Source: Squalus acanthias (Eukaryota). From it: a stretch of DNA of 64,000 nt. The number at the start of each line of letters is the position of its first letter. Position 1 is the first letter of the stretch. Made by a program: the position numbers and the translations under genes. This document shows positions 49,601 through 62,100 of this stretch, in pieces. The notes under the pieces are model-generated. The model was not told where the DNA came from and did no database searches. It saw nothing but the letters and a program-made list of their open reading frames with translations. The DNA lies in the NCBI GenBank assembly GCA_030390025.1, contig CM059431.1, positions 50,902,001-50,966,000 of the forward strand. Reading direction: 5' to 3'.

Positions 49601-52600
49601 GTGTTAGCTAATCGATCCGAGAAATGTGATTTTTTTTTCAAAGGCTGCTGCGTTTTAATGAATGGTCGACACCAGAAAAACAACTTGTAGGATGGGCAGC
49701 ATCTGCCTTACGTGCAAAGCAGTTGGGGCTCTCGGCAAAATCCCTTGCAATACGCCAGCACCGGCTGAGACAGACACCCCAACTCTAGGCCCTCTCTCGT
49801 GCAGCAAGAAGACAAACCATGTTAGGTTGATAGGGTTGCAGCACCGAGATATTTGCTTTTCTGTCTGTATTTGGGAGTATGTCAGTAAATTGGACGCACA
49901 AACTTGTGCATTGCAATGTTATTTTTCAAGGGGGAGGGGGTGGGTGGGTCAGAGGGAGGTTGTGGCAGCTGAAACTGCAGCCTTTTTTGCAATGGGAAAG
50001 GGGCAGTCCCAGTAGAATGGAAGCACTTTGACTTGAGCCAAGATGGGCTTCTATGGCGATTCGCAATTAAAATGCAGATCCGTTTTTGCAAAGATCCAAA
50101 TATACACCTGTGCTTAAATGTGACTATTTATGTACTACATATCGTTCCCGACATAGTCTTATTAGGATAAGGAACCCCACGTAAAATACCACTGCGTGAT
50201 GTGGCTTGACCTTTCAGCGCTCAACATTACAATGCAATAGTCTTTTAAAATGAAATCCATTTGATCTCGATATGTAGTAAGAAGATCCTTCACAGCATTA
50301 GGTATGCATACTGTGTATTTTATATCTTGATAATAATTAAGATCAATTATGGGAACACGCAGTGGTCAATCTCGCTTACTCAAGCTTTAAGCACTATTGT
50401 TTCACAATGCATTCTGCCACTGATGTGTAACATGCTGTCAAACTGTTGCGTAGATTGAGTTACTGCACACCTTGTTAACACAAGATATTAACTAGAAACT
50501 CTTTTGCTTATACCCCCCCCCCCCCCCAACCCCAAACACGAAAACGCATAAAGTGTAAAGATCACCAGCAACATTTGTTTTTGGCGCCGCTTCTGCTGTA
50601 TTTATGAAGCCACACAACCTACACCCGGACGTCAGTGTCACATATTTGTTCTCATGTCCGTCCAAGTTAAACAAAAAAGAGGAAGCATAGACTTGGCAAT
50701 CCGTTTACGAGATAAGCCATGTGTATTAAAAAATAACGCAAGTATTTTTTTTTAAATGAAAACGATGCAAACTGGTTGCCCACGCCGTGATTTGGAAAAC
50801 GTGCATAATTAATGCAACCTGAATTGAACAAGTTCAATACAAAATCCACCTGTTGCACCAGTTTGTGAGTTTTGATTAATTAACATTTAAGTTGGCAGCA
50901 TAACTTCAACATAAACTGAGGGCTCGTGAGGTAAGTTCAGAATGTTTTTCTAACTTGCTGTTTATTTTACAGATTAATCACGCCAAACACCACTCAAAGA
51001 CTGATGGGCAAAGTATTTTGGAAGACCGCCTGGTTCTAAACAATCCCCAATTCTTAAAATTTACCTCGCCACCTCGAGCTCTTTTCAACAATCCACCCCC
51101 CTCTCCTCTGCGACTATTGTACTTAAAAGCGAATAGATTTCAACGGATAAAAGCGACAGCAATGGATATCTCAAACATAACTTTCACAATCATAACGTCT
51201 CGCAGAATGAAACAGAGAAGGAAGCAAGTTAACGGATATATATAGACTTAGTAATAAGTTCAAAAGATAAGATTGAAACACACACACATACATATATATT
51301 ATGTGTGTGTGTACTTCAATTACCCTGCAGTTTTTGCACATACACTCTAATACGCTACTATACCCTGCAAATAAATGATAGCTAAACGTTTTGGAAGAGG
51401 CAAGAATGAGACAATTAAGGCTTCTACAGTATGAGAGACAAAAAAAGGGGGGACGAGGCATCTGAGAAATTGTGAACCGCTGGTAACCGAGAGTAGTTAA
51501 AGGTGTCACTGAAAGATACAGATAAAGGAGACAGAAATTAATGCAGGTTGATATCCCCGCAGCAGGGATCTTCCTACAAGCATATTTAATTTAGTGTAGC
51601 CATTCGCGGTGTATGGCTAACGGAAATAAGAATGAAATAAGTAAAAAAAAAGAAAAGTGTGTGCTAAGGAAATGTGATACTAAAACACAATTTGAAAAAT
51701 ATGAGGAACAGAATAATTGAGTAGCTGGATCCAGGCTGTCAGATTAGAATCATACAATTCAAAATTTACCACCTCAGAAAATATATTTTAAATTCTCTTA
51801 CACTTTACCTCTGATTCTGCCTTTTCCCACATATTTCAATTATTTTTCCAATGGATCTTCACGGAATTGAGCACAATGAGGGGTTTGGTTCAAACGGGGC
51901 CTTAAATGCAACTTCTGCAGAATAAATTGAACTAATATGGAAAACAATAGAACGATGTTTCCTATTTCACGCAATTCTCCAGTGGTTCTCCTCGTATCTA
52001 ATGGAACACTTACATGTAATCTGACTTCAACGCTTCATTTCCCCACAAACATCAAACTTACAAAATCAGAGACTAGACTGAGTTTCAGAGTTTTTAATCA
52101 CTCGGGATTGACACATAAATCATTCTGGATTCCACTCTGCGCTGGGTGCACGAATCAACATCCTCCAGGACACTTTATACAGTCCTGATCATTTCCTAAC
52201 AGGCAGCACACTTCATGTGTAAAAAATGGATTTTTGGAATCACGTGTTATTATTTGCTAACAGAACTCTGTCTTACTGACAACCCTAATGTTGCCATAGC
52301 CCCCACTATTCATTAGTATCGCTGTGCTACTTATTAACGCGGTTCCTGGTGACCATAGGTGCCGAGAAATATTTCCATTTGGCCAAAATACGTCCACCTA
52401 TCAATTTCTGGTATTGTGATGAGAATTGCCAATACAACGCGGCGCTGACCCACAACTTTCTATAGATACACACCGCACATACAGTACTCTTAAAAAAAAC
52501 GAAAGCAGCGGCAGAAAAAATAATAATAACGGCAACATGATCAGGTTTTCCAAGATCTAATTGTAATATCGCACTTCACTGACGTCACATACCGAGCTGT

Positions 52601-53899
52601 TCAAAAAAAAAATACAACACAGAGCGTGCCAACAACCTAACATGCCTTGTCACCTCTTGTGGGCATTTTATATTTTAAAACAATAACGGATCTCTTTGCA
52701 CCTAGCATCTCACCATATCAGCCTTCCCCTCCCCCTCCCCCTAAACGTTTTGACAGTGGAAAATATCTAGACCTGATTGTAAGTATTGTACCTGAACATA
52801 GATAGGGTGAAATCATCACAATAATATCGCACTTCAGTCTTAACCAGACATTTGTGAAGAACGTTAAACTATCAAATAGTAGGAAAAGCGGATATTCAAA
52901 AGTATATTCCCATATATTCACCTTATACTGTTGATCAGTAATACAATATTAAAGTATATAATTACATCCCATTTGTAATTCCAATGATTGCATTTTTAGT
53001 CGGGTGCTACTGGTATAAATCATGCAAAGATGTTTGTGAAAAAACCTGAACAGCAGTGAACTCTGCTGTAAATCAAATAAGCGTCTTACGACCTTTGTCC
53101 ATAGGTAAGTAAAATATTAAATGTTAATAAACGTTTTTATGATGGTCTAATCTTTTTTCATTTTAATATATTCCCTAAATAAGAAACGCGGTTTACCAGC
53201 AGAACTGTACAGGGAGTTATTAGACAAGACATCTTTGATTAAAAAATATATATCCAGACGCTCTTATTCCACTGGGTCTTGTTTTTGAAATACAGAGTAA
53301 ACCAGTCTAAACTATATAAACACAACCCATTCAATGAAGCTGTGACCTGCGGCTGAACCTCTTTTAGAAATTTCCTTTGCCTCCTCTCCCAAACACTTCT
53401 AACATGTTTTATTTTAGATAAATAACTCCATATTCAAACTGACTGATTAAAGACCAGTATTTTTTGATAAGGTTAATTTATGTTCTCAAAAATAAGGCAA
53501 ACCAATGGCTTGGAAAAATCATGTAAACCCATTCGGACAGAAGCAGAGGCTTGTTGTATTATGCATTTTGGAGACTCCTTAAAATACAGAAAACAGACAC
53601 AGGACAAACATCCAAACTCAACACGGGACTTAAGCGTGATTAAAAGCTTACCTATTTCTGATAACATATAAATCAGACACTAATTGGATTTCATTTATAA
53701 ATTCATAACGTAGTTTTATCCTACATCATACTTCCGGAATTAAAAAAAAATAAACGTTGAATATTTAAGCCTAAAACGACATTAAATATTAAAGTGTAAT
53801 TTAATGATATGGCAATGAATTTATGGTTCATAAATAAAGGTTCTATATACATCTTAAACAGACTAACGCTTTTCTGCAAAAAAATTGAGGTACTGTCAT

Positions 53900-53950
53900 T
53901 GTACATCAGACACATGAGCCACAAAATCGTTTGACTCTAACAAATTTATT
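53900..53950 (-). terminator. Candidate POU3F3 polyadenylation signal (implies ~1.3 kb 3' UTR)
   Basis: Minus-strand AATAAA at 53945-53950 followed by a GU/U-rich downstream element (ttttgtggctcatgtgtctgatgt). Other AATAAA hexamers exist nearby. Confidence 0.45.
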
Positions 53951-55236
53951 TCTTGAATCATCTCTTACGGAATCACTACTCAAATTAAATTACAATCAAA
54001 TTATCACATCAAAAGATACCCTTATTACCTAACAACTGTCCATTTTTCATCGCATTTATTTGTGCTCGTTTTGAAAACATCTAATACAAGATCTGGGGAA
54101 AAATAAATTACCGTTTTGCAGCAGTTCATAGGTATTCTGAATAAAATATTAAAAGAAGTCAATTTTGATGAAAATATAAAGTAAATATTTTTAGATCAGT
54201 AACTGATCTACTGACTCTATATTGCCGTCTTTGAAAAGTCTATATTGAAACCTACCAAGAACACTGCTTGGAAATGGCAGTTTTATACAGTCGCATCCAC
54301 AGCACCCATTCATTCAACTTGGCAATGGTTTAGAAGAGGATAAGTTCAGTAAGTGCAGCTGCAGATGGTGGAGTGTTTTTTTTCTCTTTTTCTTTTTTTA
54401 TTAAAAAATGCTTCTACTCCAATCGGCTGGAGATGAAATTAGAAAACATTCGGGCGAAGGTTTTTTTGGGGGGGTGGGGGGTGGGGATGAGGTCGAACAC
54501 AACATAATGAACCAATCATCAAAGCCACATCTGGGACGATTTCTCGCCCAAATCCCCCAGTCTTTCTTTTGTCTTGTCTTTTCCAACAAGCCTCGCTGCT
54601 GAAAGTTCCATCTGTCATTATTTTTGGATCAACCCATTTAATTTTTGTGTCTTGAAATTTCCCCTGCCTTGCAGGTTTAATGTTGTTCTGAAGTTTTGCG
54701 TTTTTAAGACCCCCTTCTACTGGTCTTTTTATAGTCAGTACGGATTACCTCCTTTTCTCCTGCAGATTACCGCGTTTTACATAAGGGACAGTCTTCAGTA
54801 TTTCAAATAACAGAATTTTTTGTTTCAGTGTTGTCTATGCACCTGATAGAGCCAAGAAAAACAAGCCGCTGGAAGTACACCAGGCACCTTCCAGGCAACC
54901 AGCGTCCACGGCCGATCTCACTGGACCAAATCTGAAATGATTTTATAAACCAGTCCTTCTGAAACAGCAGGCACATGTAGACACACTTATCTGGAAGTAT
55001 CTGGGGTCCACCTGCCGATCACCACAAGCCAAGGGGTTCGGATATTTTTTTCAATTTTTTTAAAAAAAAAGAAAAGACATCTGCAGTTTGGTGCACTCAT
55101 TCGATGCAATCGCCAGCCTCACAATCACAGTAGAAAACCTGCTATCATTGCGATAGTCCTGATCTTGTTGATTTCGTTTTGTCCTTTTTTTAAAAAAAAA
55201 ATCCAGTCTAAACAGTCTATGTTTGCTGTTTTGCTT

Positions 55237-56409
55237 TCACTGCACGGCGGTTTGTAGTCCGTGGTGAGAGGGCGGTGTGTCGGCGTTTACATTGCCGACC
55301 TGTGAGTACACATCGTCCGTCTGCTGCACTCCTCCCGGCGGCGTCATGCGTTTCTCTTTCTGCCTCCGATTGCAGAACCAAACCCGGACAACTTCTTTTT
55401 CCAACTGAAGGCTGTCTGCCAGGGAGGTGATCTCCTGCGCCGAGGGCTTGGGACATTTCAAGAAATGGCTCTCCAGCGCTCCTTTGACGCTCACCTCGAT
55501 GGAGGTGCGCTTCTTTCTCTTCCTCCCCTGAGCCGCGATTTTGTCGATGCTGGTGGGGCTGCCGGTCGACGAGTCGGCCTCCTCCAGCCACTTGTTCAGC
55601 AGGGGCTTGAGTTTGCACATATTTTTAAAGCTCAGCTGCAACGCCTCGAACCGGCAGATGGTGGTCTGGGAGAAGACGTTGCCGTAGAGGGTGCCCAGCG
55701 CCAAGCCCACGTCAGCCTGGGTGAAGCCCAGCTTGATCCTCCTCTGCTTGAACTGCTTGGCGAATTGCTCCAGGTCGTCCGAGGTCGGCGTGTCCTCGTC
55801 CGAGTGGTCGTGGCTGTGGTGCTGCTGCCCGTGGTCCACCAGCTCCGGCGTGTCCCTCAGCCCCGGGTGCAGGCTCTGCCCTCCCGCCTGACTCAGCATG
55901 CCGTTGACGGTGAACCCGGGCTGCGAGTAGATGAGCGGCTGCACGGCCGAGCCCATGGAAGGCATGTGAGCCGTGGTGGTCGCCCCCCAGGCGGTCGGGT
56001 GGCCGCCGTGAGACGGCTGGTGAGGAGGCAGGTGAGGCGGGCGGTGGTGATGGAGAGGAGCCGCTCCCGTGTGCAGTTCGTCCCGGCCCACGACCTGCAC
56101 CGACGGCTTCACGTCCTGTTGCTGCTGCTGCTGTTGCTGCTGCTGCTGACCCAAGGGGCTGCCGGACATGGCCGAGGACCAGGGCGAGCCGGCATCGGTG
56201 TGCGGCAGCGCCGTCACCCACTGGTGTGCATGGCTGAGCATGTGGCCGTTGCTGGCGATGGCCCCCTGCATGAAGTCGCTTTGCACCATTTTCGAGGGAT
56301 CCCGGTACGTGGTCGCCTGCTGCATGCCGCCTGAGTCGCTGTGCACGATAGAGTTGGACGACAGGATGCTATTGCTCGGCATGTAGGGATTGGACGTCGC
56401 TGTCGCCAT
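55237..56409 (-). CDS. POU3F3: POU domain class 3 transcription factor 3 (Brn-1), single exon, 390 aa
   Basis: Intact ORF with POU-specific domain ([29 protein letters not shown]...KWLEEAD) and POU homeodomain ([18 protein letters not shown]...[15 protein letters not shown]). The N-terminus MATATSNPY..., the segment [29 protein letters not shown] and the C-terminus DDVYSQVG...DTPP.HHGLQT.VQ match POU3F3 rather than POU3F1/2/4. Confidence 0.96.
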   Translation of the reverse strand: MATATSNPYMPSNSILSSNSIVHSDSGGMQQATTYRDPSKMVQSDFMQGAIASNGHMLSHAHQWVTALPHTDAGSPWSSAMSGSPLGQQQQQQQQQQQDVKPSVQVVGRDELHTGAAPLHHHRPPHLPPHQPSHGGHPTAWGATTTAHMPSMGSAVQPLIYSQPGFTVNGMLSQAGGQSLHPGLRDTPELVDHGQQHHSHDHSDEDTPTSDDLEQFAKQFKQRRIKLGFTQADVGLALGTLYGNVFSQTTICRFEALQLSFKNMCKLKPLLNKWLEEADSSTGSPTSIDKIAAQGRKRKKRTSIEVSVKGALESHFLKCPKPSAQEITSLADSLQLEKEVVRVWFCNRRQKEKRMTPPGGVQQTDDVYSQVGNVNADTPPSHHGLQTAVQ

Positions 56410-56639
56410 GGCTTTTCCCCCTCTCTTGTCCTTTTTGTTTTGTAGCAGTAGTTGTTTGATTGCCAGAGATAAATAGAAATAAAGTGGGTTGGATTGTTTT
56501 TAAGTTCCTCTTTTCTCTCTTTTTTTTGCTTTCTCTCTCTTTTTTGTTGTTGTTGCTGAGAGTTTTGTTGTTGTGTGTGGGATGCTGGTGGTGGTGGGAC
56601 TTGGTAAAGCTGCTGTTTGACAGTTCCCTTCTCACATAG

Positions 56640-56860
56640 CTAGTGTTTACCTCGGCCGCCGCGCCGCGCTCTCCCCGCACACCACAGAAAAAAGGAGGAA
56701 GTTCAGCCAGAGGCTCCCGCTGATTGGCTACCCGCTGAGTGATTGACGCGTTCCGACTGCGCGACTCGGGCGCGCGGCTTCCTTCCGGCGGTTCCGATTG
56801 GCTGCTTTTTAATTAGGGGAACGTCGTTGTTACGGCGGGGGGGGGGGGGGGGATGCGACC
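56640..56860 (-). promoter_or_regulatory. POU3F3 proximal promoter
   Basis: GC/CpG-rich block ~230-450 bp upstream of the ATG. It has two AGCCAATC (CCAAT) boxes on the minus strand (gattggct near 56722 and 56796) and a long G tract. Confidence 0.7.
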
Positions 56861-58999
56861 AAGCAGAAAAGCTGCAAACAGCCAGCGTTGGTGAATCAAG
56901 AGAATAGATTAAAAAAAAGTAGCAACCAAAACAAGGACAAGTTGACCATTCCTGAGGGAGTGAAGAAAAATAAATAAACTTAGTCCTGAATATGCAAACG
57001 AATAAGTTGTGTGTCTATGAGAGTAAGAAATGCAACCGACTCATTTCGCATTGGAAACATAACTGTTCGAATGCGCCAGTTTCCGTCTTAACCGATTCAC
57101 TCAGACCTGCAAAAATAAACTCCGTTTAGTGCACGATCTTAAGACCTTTGTGTGAGGTTCAAAATTTGAGTGGGACCAAATCTTGAACGGTAACAGGCAC
57201 AGGATTTTAAAAACATATATTTCTTGGTGTTAGTAGACTCGTTATATGTGGAACTGATCTGAAGCCTAAGACTAATTCAACCCTCAGACCGTACGAATTT
57301 CTTCATTTCTAGGCTGCTAAAGAGTTTATAGATGTAACACAGATCTCATTTAAATCTCAGATCTCCAGGTGCAGACGCTGAATAGTCTGTGCCAGAGCCC
57401 CAACAGCATGTTTTCCTTTCCAGCAGATTTTCCTTGGACCACTCTCAAACCGAGTCTCGTGGTTTTGTTTACACTGAATGGGGAGTATAGGAGCGGTGCC
57501 ATGGGGCCGTCTTTCATTAATATACAGTGAGGATTTTGTCTAAATTACTGCTACGAATTTCACAGTACACGCATTTAAAGGCGTCTCAGGTGGACTGATG
57601 AAACGTGAATGCGCCGCTGAAAAGAACTGCATTTCTCCCCATTAAAAAAAGCTTAAAGGTCAATGGTAAAGATGTAAAAGACCTAAAATATGTTTTGTCT
57701 TTAAAAAAAATAAAAATATCCTCTATATCTTGTTTCCCCACCATGAAAAAAGTAAAACATCAGAGAGCAATTTGTACTGATTTACATTTGCATAAATTTT
57801 CATATATTTTGGTGAAAATAATAGACTAGTGAGTGCCGGGCTCAGTGGAGCCAGTACAAGGGTGCATCTTAGCGAGGATCGACGAGGAGCAATTCGGAGC
57901 GAAGGCAAAAAGCAAAGCAAATATTCCAAACATACGAAACTTTTCAACACTGTTTATGGTTTGAACAGCGAACAGCCCATTGGTAAGTCTGCTATCTTAT
58001 CTCAAAAGGCTTCATTCACAGCTTCAGTTGGATTTTAGGAGTTGGGGCATTTGAGGATCGGAAGCGTTGGGCTCGATTTTTTTTGTGTTTAAATTTTGTT
58101 AAATCGATCTGCTGTTCTGCGCTTCACCATTACTGTCGAGGAAATGCACAAGTAGAGAGCACTGGGCAAGGTCACGATGACTAGGAGATTCTAGCATTAA
58201 TTGGGTAGCGAAAACGTTTTAAAAGATCTCACAGAAATAAACGTGCACACAGGAGCAGATCGTGCAACGACACCATAGACACTATAAACGAGCCCTCTGG
58301 TTCTTGGAAGTCTGTCCACAGCATCACGATCAATCACAACTAACGAGAACTTGGCTGAGTTCTCCGGAGAGGTGGGTGCGAGCGTCCTGCTCAGGCACAA
58401 ACAGGCCGCCATCTCCCCACATTAAAAGCATCTTCTGCAACTTTCCTTCCATTGATTACAAAAGGTAAAACTCGGTGCACACCGGAAGCACTTCGATTGT
58501 CAAGGTCAAGTGTAAAAGAAATCTTCCAAATATGACATTTCATACAGTGTTGTCCTCCTCCGCAGCTCCCGTCTTTAAATCCAGGCACTTCATATTATTG
58601 ATTCCAAAAAAAGATTCGCGTAGTGACGAGTGGAATTAATTTGAATGTCAAGCTTACTTAAATACACACAACACACATTTGTATGTATCCGCGCACACAC
58701 GTGTGTATGATTATAAGATATAACGGTGCATAGTTTTACACCGTTTTCAACTTTGATGTAGGTATTTTATGTCCATTTTCACTGCGCGATTGATTTTATA
58801 AACATTGATGTCTTTACCTTGTAAAGTGTTTGTGTATATACTGCCATAAAAGCCTTTATTTGATCCCGTCGTTTCACTGTTTTCTCAATTTCATTATATC
58901 ATGAAAAATAAAAGCTTAAAGTGTGCATCTAGTCGAAGAAATTTTGAATCATCAGTAACAAAAATCAAGTTTTTCAGGAGCATTTTTTTTACATTGTTA

Positions 59000-59125
59000 C
59001 ATCTCACACACAGTCTGTCCTTTATTTTTCTTTCACACACGCACACCATTCTTTCTCCATCAACCACACATACAGTCCTCTCTGTTTCACACACACTTTC
59101 CCTCACTCTCTCTCTCACACACATT
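59000..59125. repeat. Degenerate CA/CT low-complexity repeat
   Basis: Recurrent tcacacacac and ctctct units. Confidence 0.7.
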
Positions 59126-62100
59126 TTGCACTCTTACCTTCCTTGCTTCCCTCTGTGCCCCTTTGGAACAGATGCCATGTAGAGCAGCTCCCCGAAGATC
59201 ATTTGTTTTCTTGACGGGGTGCATTTCTGCGCACAGCATTTTCGTTGCCATAGAGAACCAAATAAAAGGAAAGAACAGTAGTCACATTAACCTATATGTT
59301 TGTGCACTCGGGTTTAGATAAAGGACTCAATTTCAGCCAGGAAGAACGCTCGGGACCCCACGTCAGTGTATAGAGCTCTCTATATAGTCCCAATAAAGGT
59401 AGCCGTCTTCTATTCCCAATTCTGACATTTTAAAACATATAGCTTATTTTTTTTTTATCTGGGTGCCGTTAATTTTGTAAGACGCGGGGTCTGGAGCACA
59501 CAATGCAAATTTGGGGAGTTTGAAAGACGCTGCTTTTGCACGCTATGGGCGGTAGGGAGCACTGTCGTGCGGGGAAAGATACAGCATAGCGCAGAGAAAT
59601 GAACGGAGTTTGGAACCAAGTAATGAAAAGAAGGAAGGGAAAAGTAGAGGGCACAGAATCAGTTTATAAAACCGGGCGGAAGATGTTGCGTTAAGAAAAA
59701 AAAGTAAAAATAACAACCATTTATGTTAAAGTGAATGCAATGGGCGTGGCTCCCAGCCTCTAATTTTAATTATAAAGTGTCTCTGTCACTTCTGTAGGAA
59801 GATTTAGTGATTAAAAAAAAATACATTATTTATTTTATGTGCCACAATATAAAAATATAGGTAAAGGAATTAAAGCAACAGGTATTGGACTTACATGGAG
59901 GGTGGTGGGTGGGGAGGATGATTTTATATTTGAAATTATATCTGTTGTTGAGCACAGGGTTGCTAAAGCAGAAACGCAGGCGGGAGAATTCGTCCTTCAC
60001 TGGGGCACTTCCATGTAGCAGCATGTGACGGACGAATACCCGGCTGGAACTGTAGGCCAATAGTTCAGCAATAGTCTCCTCAATTGTTTTTTGTTGTTGT
60101 TTTGAAAGTGAAATACATATTTTTGCCCGTGTTGTTATTAATTACCTACCTCAGTTTTGTCATGAAGTTTTAAGGTTAAGAAAAGTATCAGATTTTTTTC
60201 TACATAGCCCCCACTCCACCAGCCTATTTTTAAGAGCTTCCAGTTAACTTTGTAACTGTTAGCTTGAATATTAAAGAAACATAGAGCGTCCCCCAAGATT
60301 TAAGATGCATGTTGAAGTGGACTTTCTGATGTACTACTAGAGCGTAGTTAACAGAATATGGCGATGGTTTTGTGAACAATCTCATTTAAAACCTTAATTT
60401 CGACACGAGAAGCAAGCCCTTGGCCAGAAACTCCTTTCACTTTGAGAGATGAAACCCAGGTAAAGTGTTGTTAAATCTGTAGCCTTGGAGGAGTCTGAGG
60501 GATTGGTAAAGGTTTGCTGACAATGTGACCTCCACTGAAATAAATGTTCAAAATCAAAACACTGATACTACACGAGGAATGGAAGAGGAGAAATGGCACG
60601 TGAAGTGTGTTATTTGTGAGGAAAAGGATGGAGATCAGCTCGCGGTAGGAACTCTTTAAAGGCCCAGCGACGTGTAAAGAGGCGAGATTCTGCCCCTCCA
60701 AAAATCGGATATCTTTTCTGGGGACGTTCATTATTTGCACGCTCTCTCCCATTGCTCAGACTGCAACGATGCCTGCATCTGCGAGAATCCATCTGACTGC
60801 TTTACATTTCTTTCAAAGAAAGGTTAAAAGAATTTCTTCTAGTCTGAGAATGTTTGCATAATTTTATAAATGGCAACTAGTTTTCTACATTAGAAGAAGA
60901 CTCAATTTTTAAAAAGTTTTTCATCGGCGTCGAGTAGAAACATCACAGAATTAAACGAGACCCCAAGCTATGGGTGAGCAGTTTCGAGGTTCCCACGGAC
61001 ACTTGACTGCATCATTAACTGCTGAAGATGAAAAATACCTCCCCAAAAAACACAGACATTTCCAAATGATATAATTTCTATTGTTTCCGGGCCCTTTTAT
61101 CTACGCCACTGTTCCCATTTAACATGTTACCATTCTAACAGTCTGACCTTCCGGGCGTAGTCTACATTGGGAATGGTTTGGTTATCTATATTAGCATCGC
61201 TAATGATTACTTTTTGGTGGAGGAAAAGTTATAGAAGGACTCGGCTCCTGCAACGTGTTTGCATGACTCTGCACTCAATGGAGTGAGATATTACAAAGCA
61301 AAAGTGCGTCCTGTTTCTGTTCATTCATACACTGTTTTTTTAAATTAAGTTTTATTCAGCATTATTTTAAGATGCAAATGTGTGTTACATTTACTGCTGC
61401 AGTTTCTGACTGCATATCGGACCAACATTGAAATCAACCTATTGCTTGGCCGTGAGCATCTTGCAATAACGTATTTATATTCTCCTTTTGTTGACGTCAG
61501 CGTGCGGGGAAGTATTAGTGCTTTCTCGGGGGGCACTTTAATATATTTTGCAATTGCACATTTTAAGATTTAACGGTAAACAATTCAATCACTACAGGGT
61601 AATTTGTGGCAAGTGTAAATTATGACAAACTTTTTTTGAAGCTGCAACTTTCCATAGTTTTAATTGATTGCCAGTGACTGGGAAACAAATCAAACCGCTG
61701 AACAATGTTTTCTACATACGAGCTCAACACAAAAGCGCACTTTGGAAAAGTAAGTGTTGAAACGTCAGCATGCAAAACATTTCCGCTGTTTTCGGGACTT
61801 GCTAAGATGTTGTTACACGGATGTACTTGTTGATTCACTAACCGTGTATTTAATCTAAATTCCGGTTTACATTGACTATCAACTATTGCGACATACAAGT
61901 TTATTTTATAATCTGGCAGTGGGTAGGATTCTAATATTAAGAAAGTTGATCGCGTGCTTCATATAAAGTTATAGTATGTTTCAGGTTGTGGGCAAGTTCC
62001 ATAAGAAACATTTTAATAAGATATAAAACTATAGTACACAGATAGTGAAAACTTTTGGAGTGAATCATTTTCAAACGGTGTAAGTAATTATTGAACGCTT

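Noticed and set aside
28000-54000. Numerous 60-130 aa ORFs in the ORF track
   Set aside because: Random composition, many non-ATG starts, no domains and no consistent exon chain; consistent with a gene desert.
55465-56334. 289-aa ORF antisense to POU3F3, and the alternative-frame ORFs 55712-56221 and 55217-55618
   Set aside because: Shadow ORFs expected from GC-rich codon usage of the real gene; no recognisable domain.
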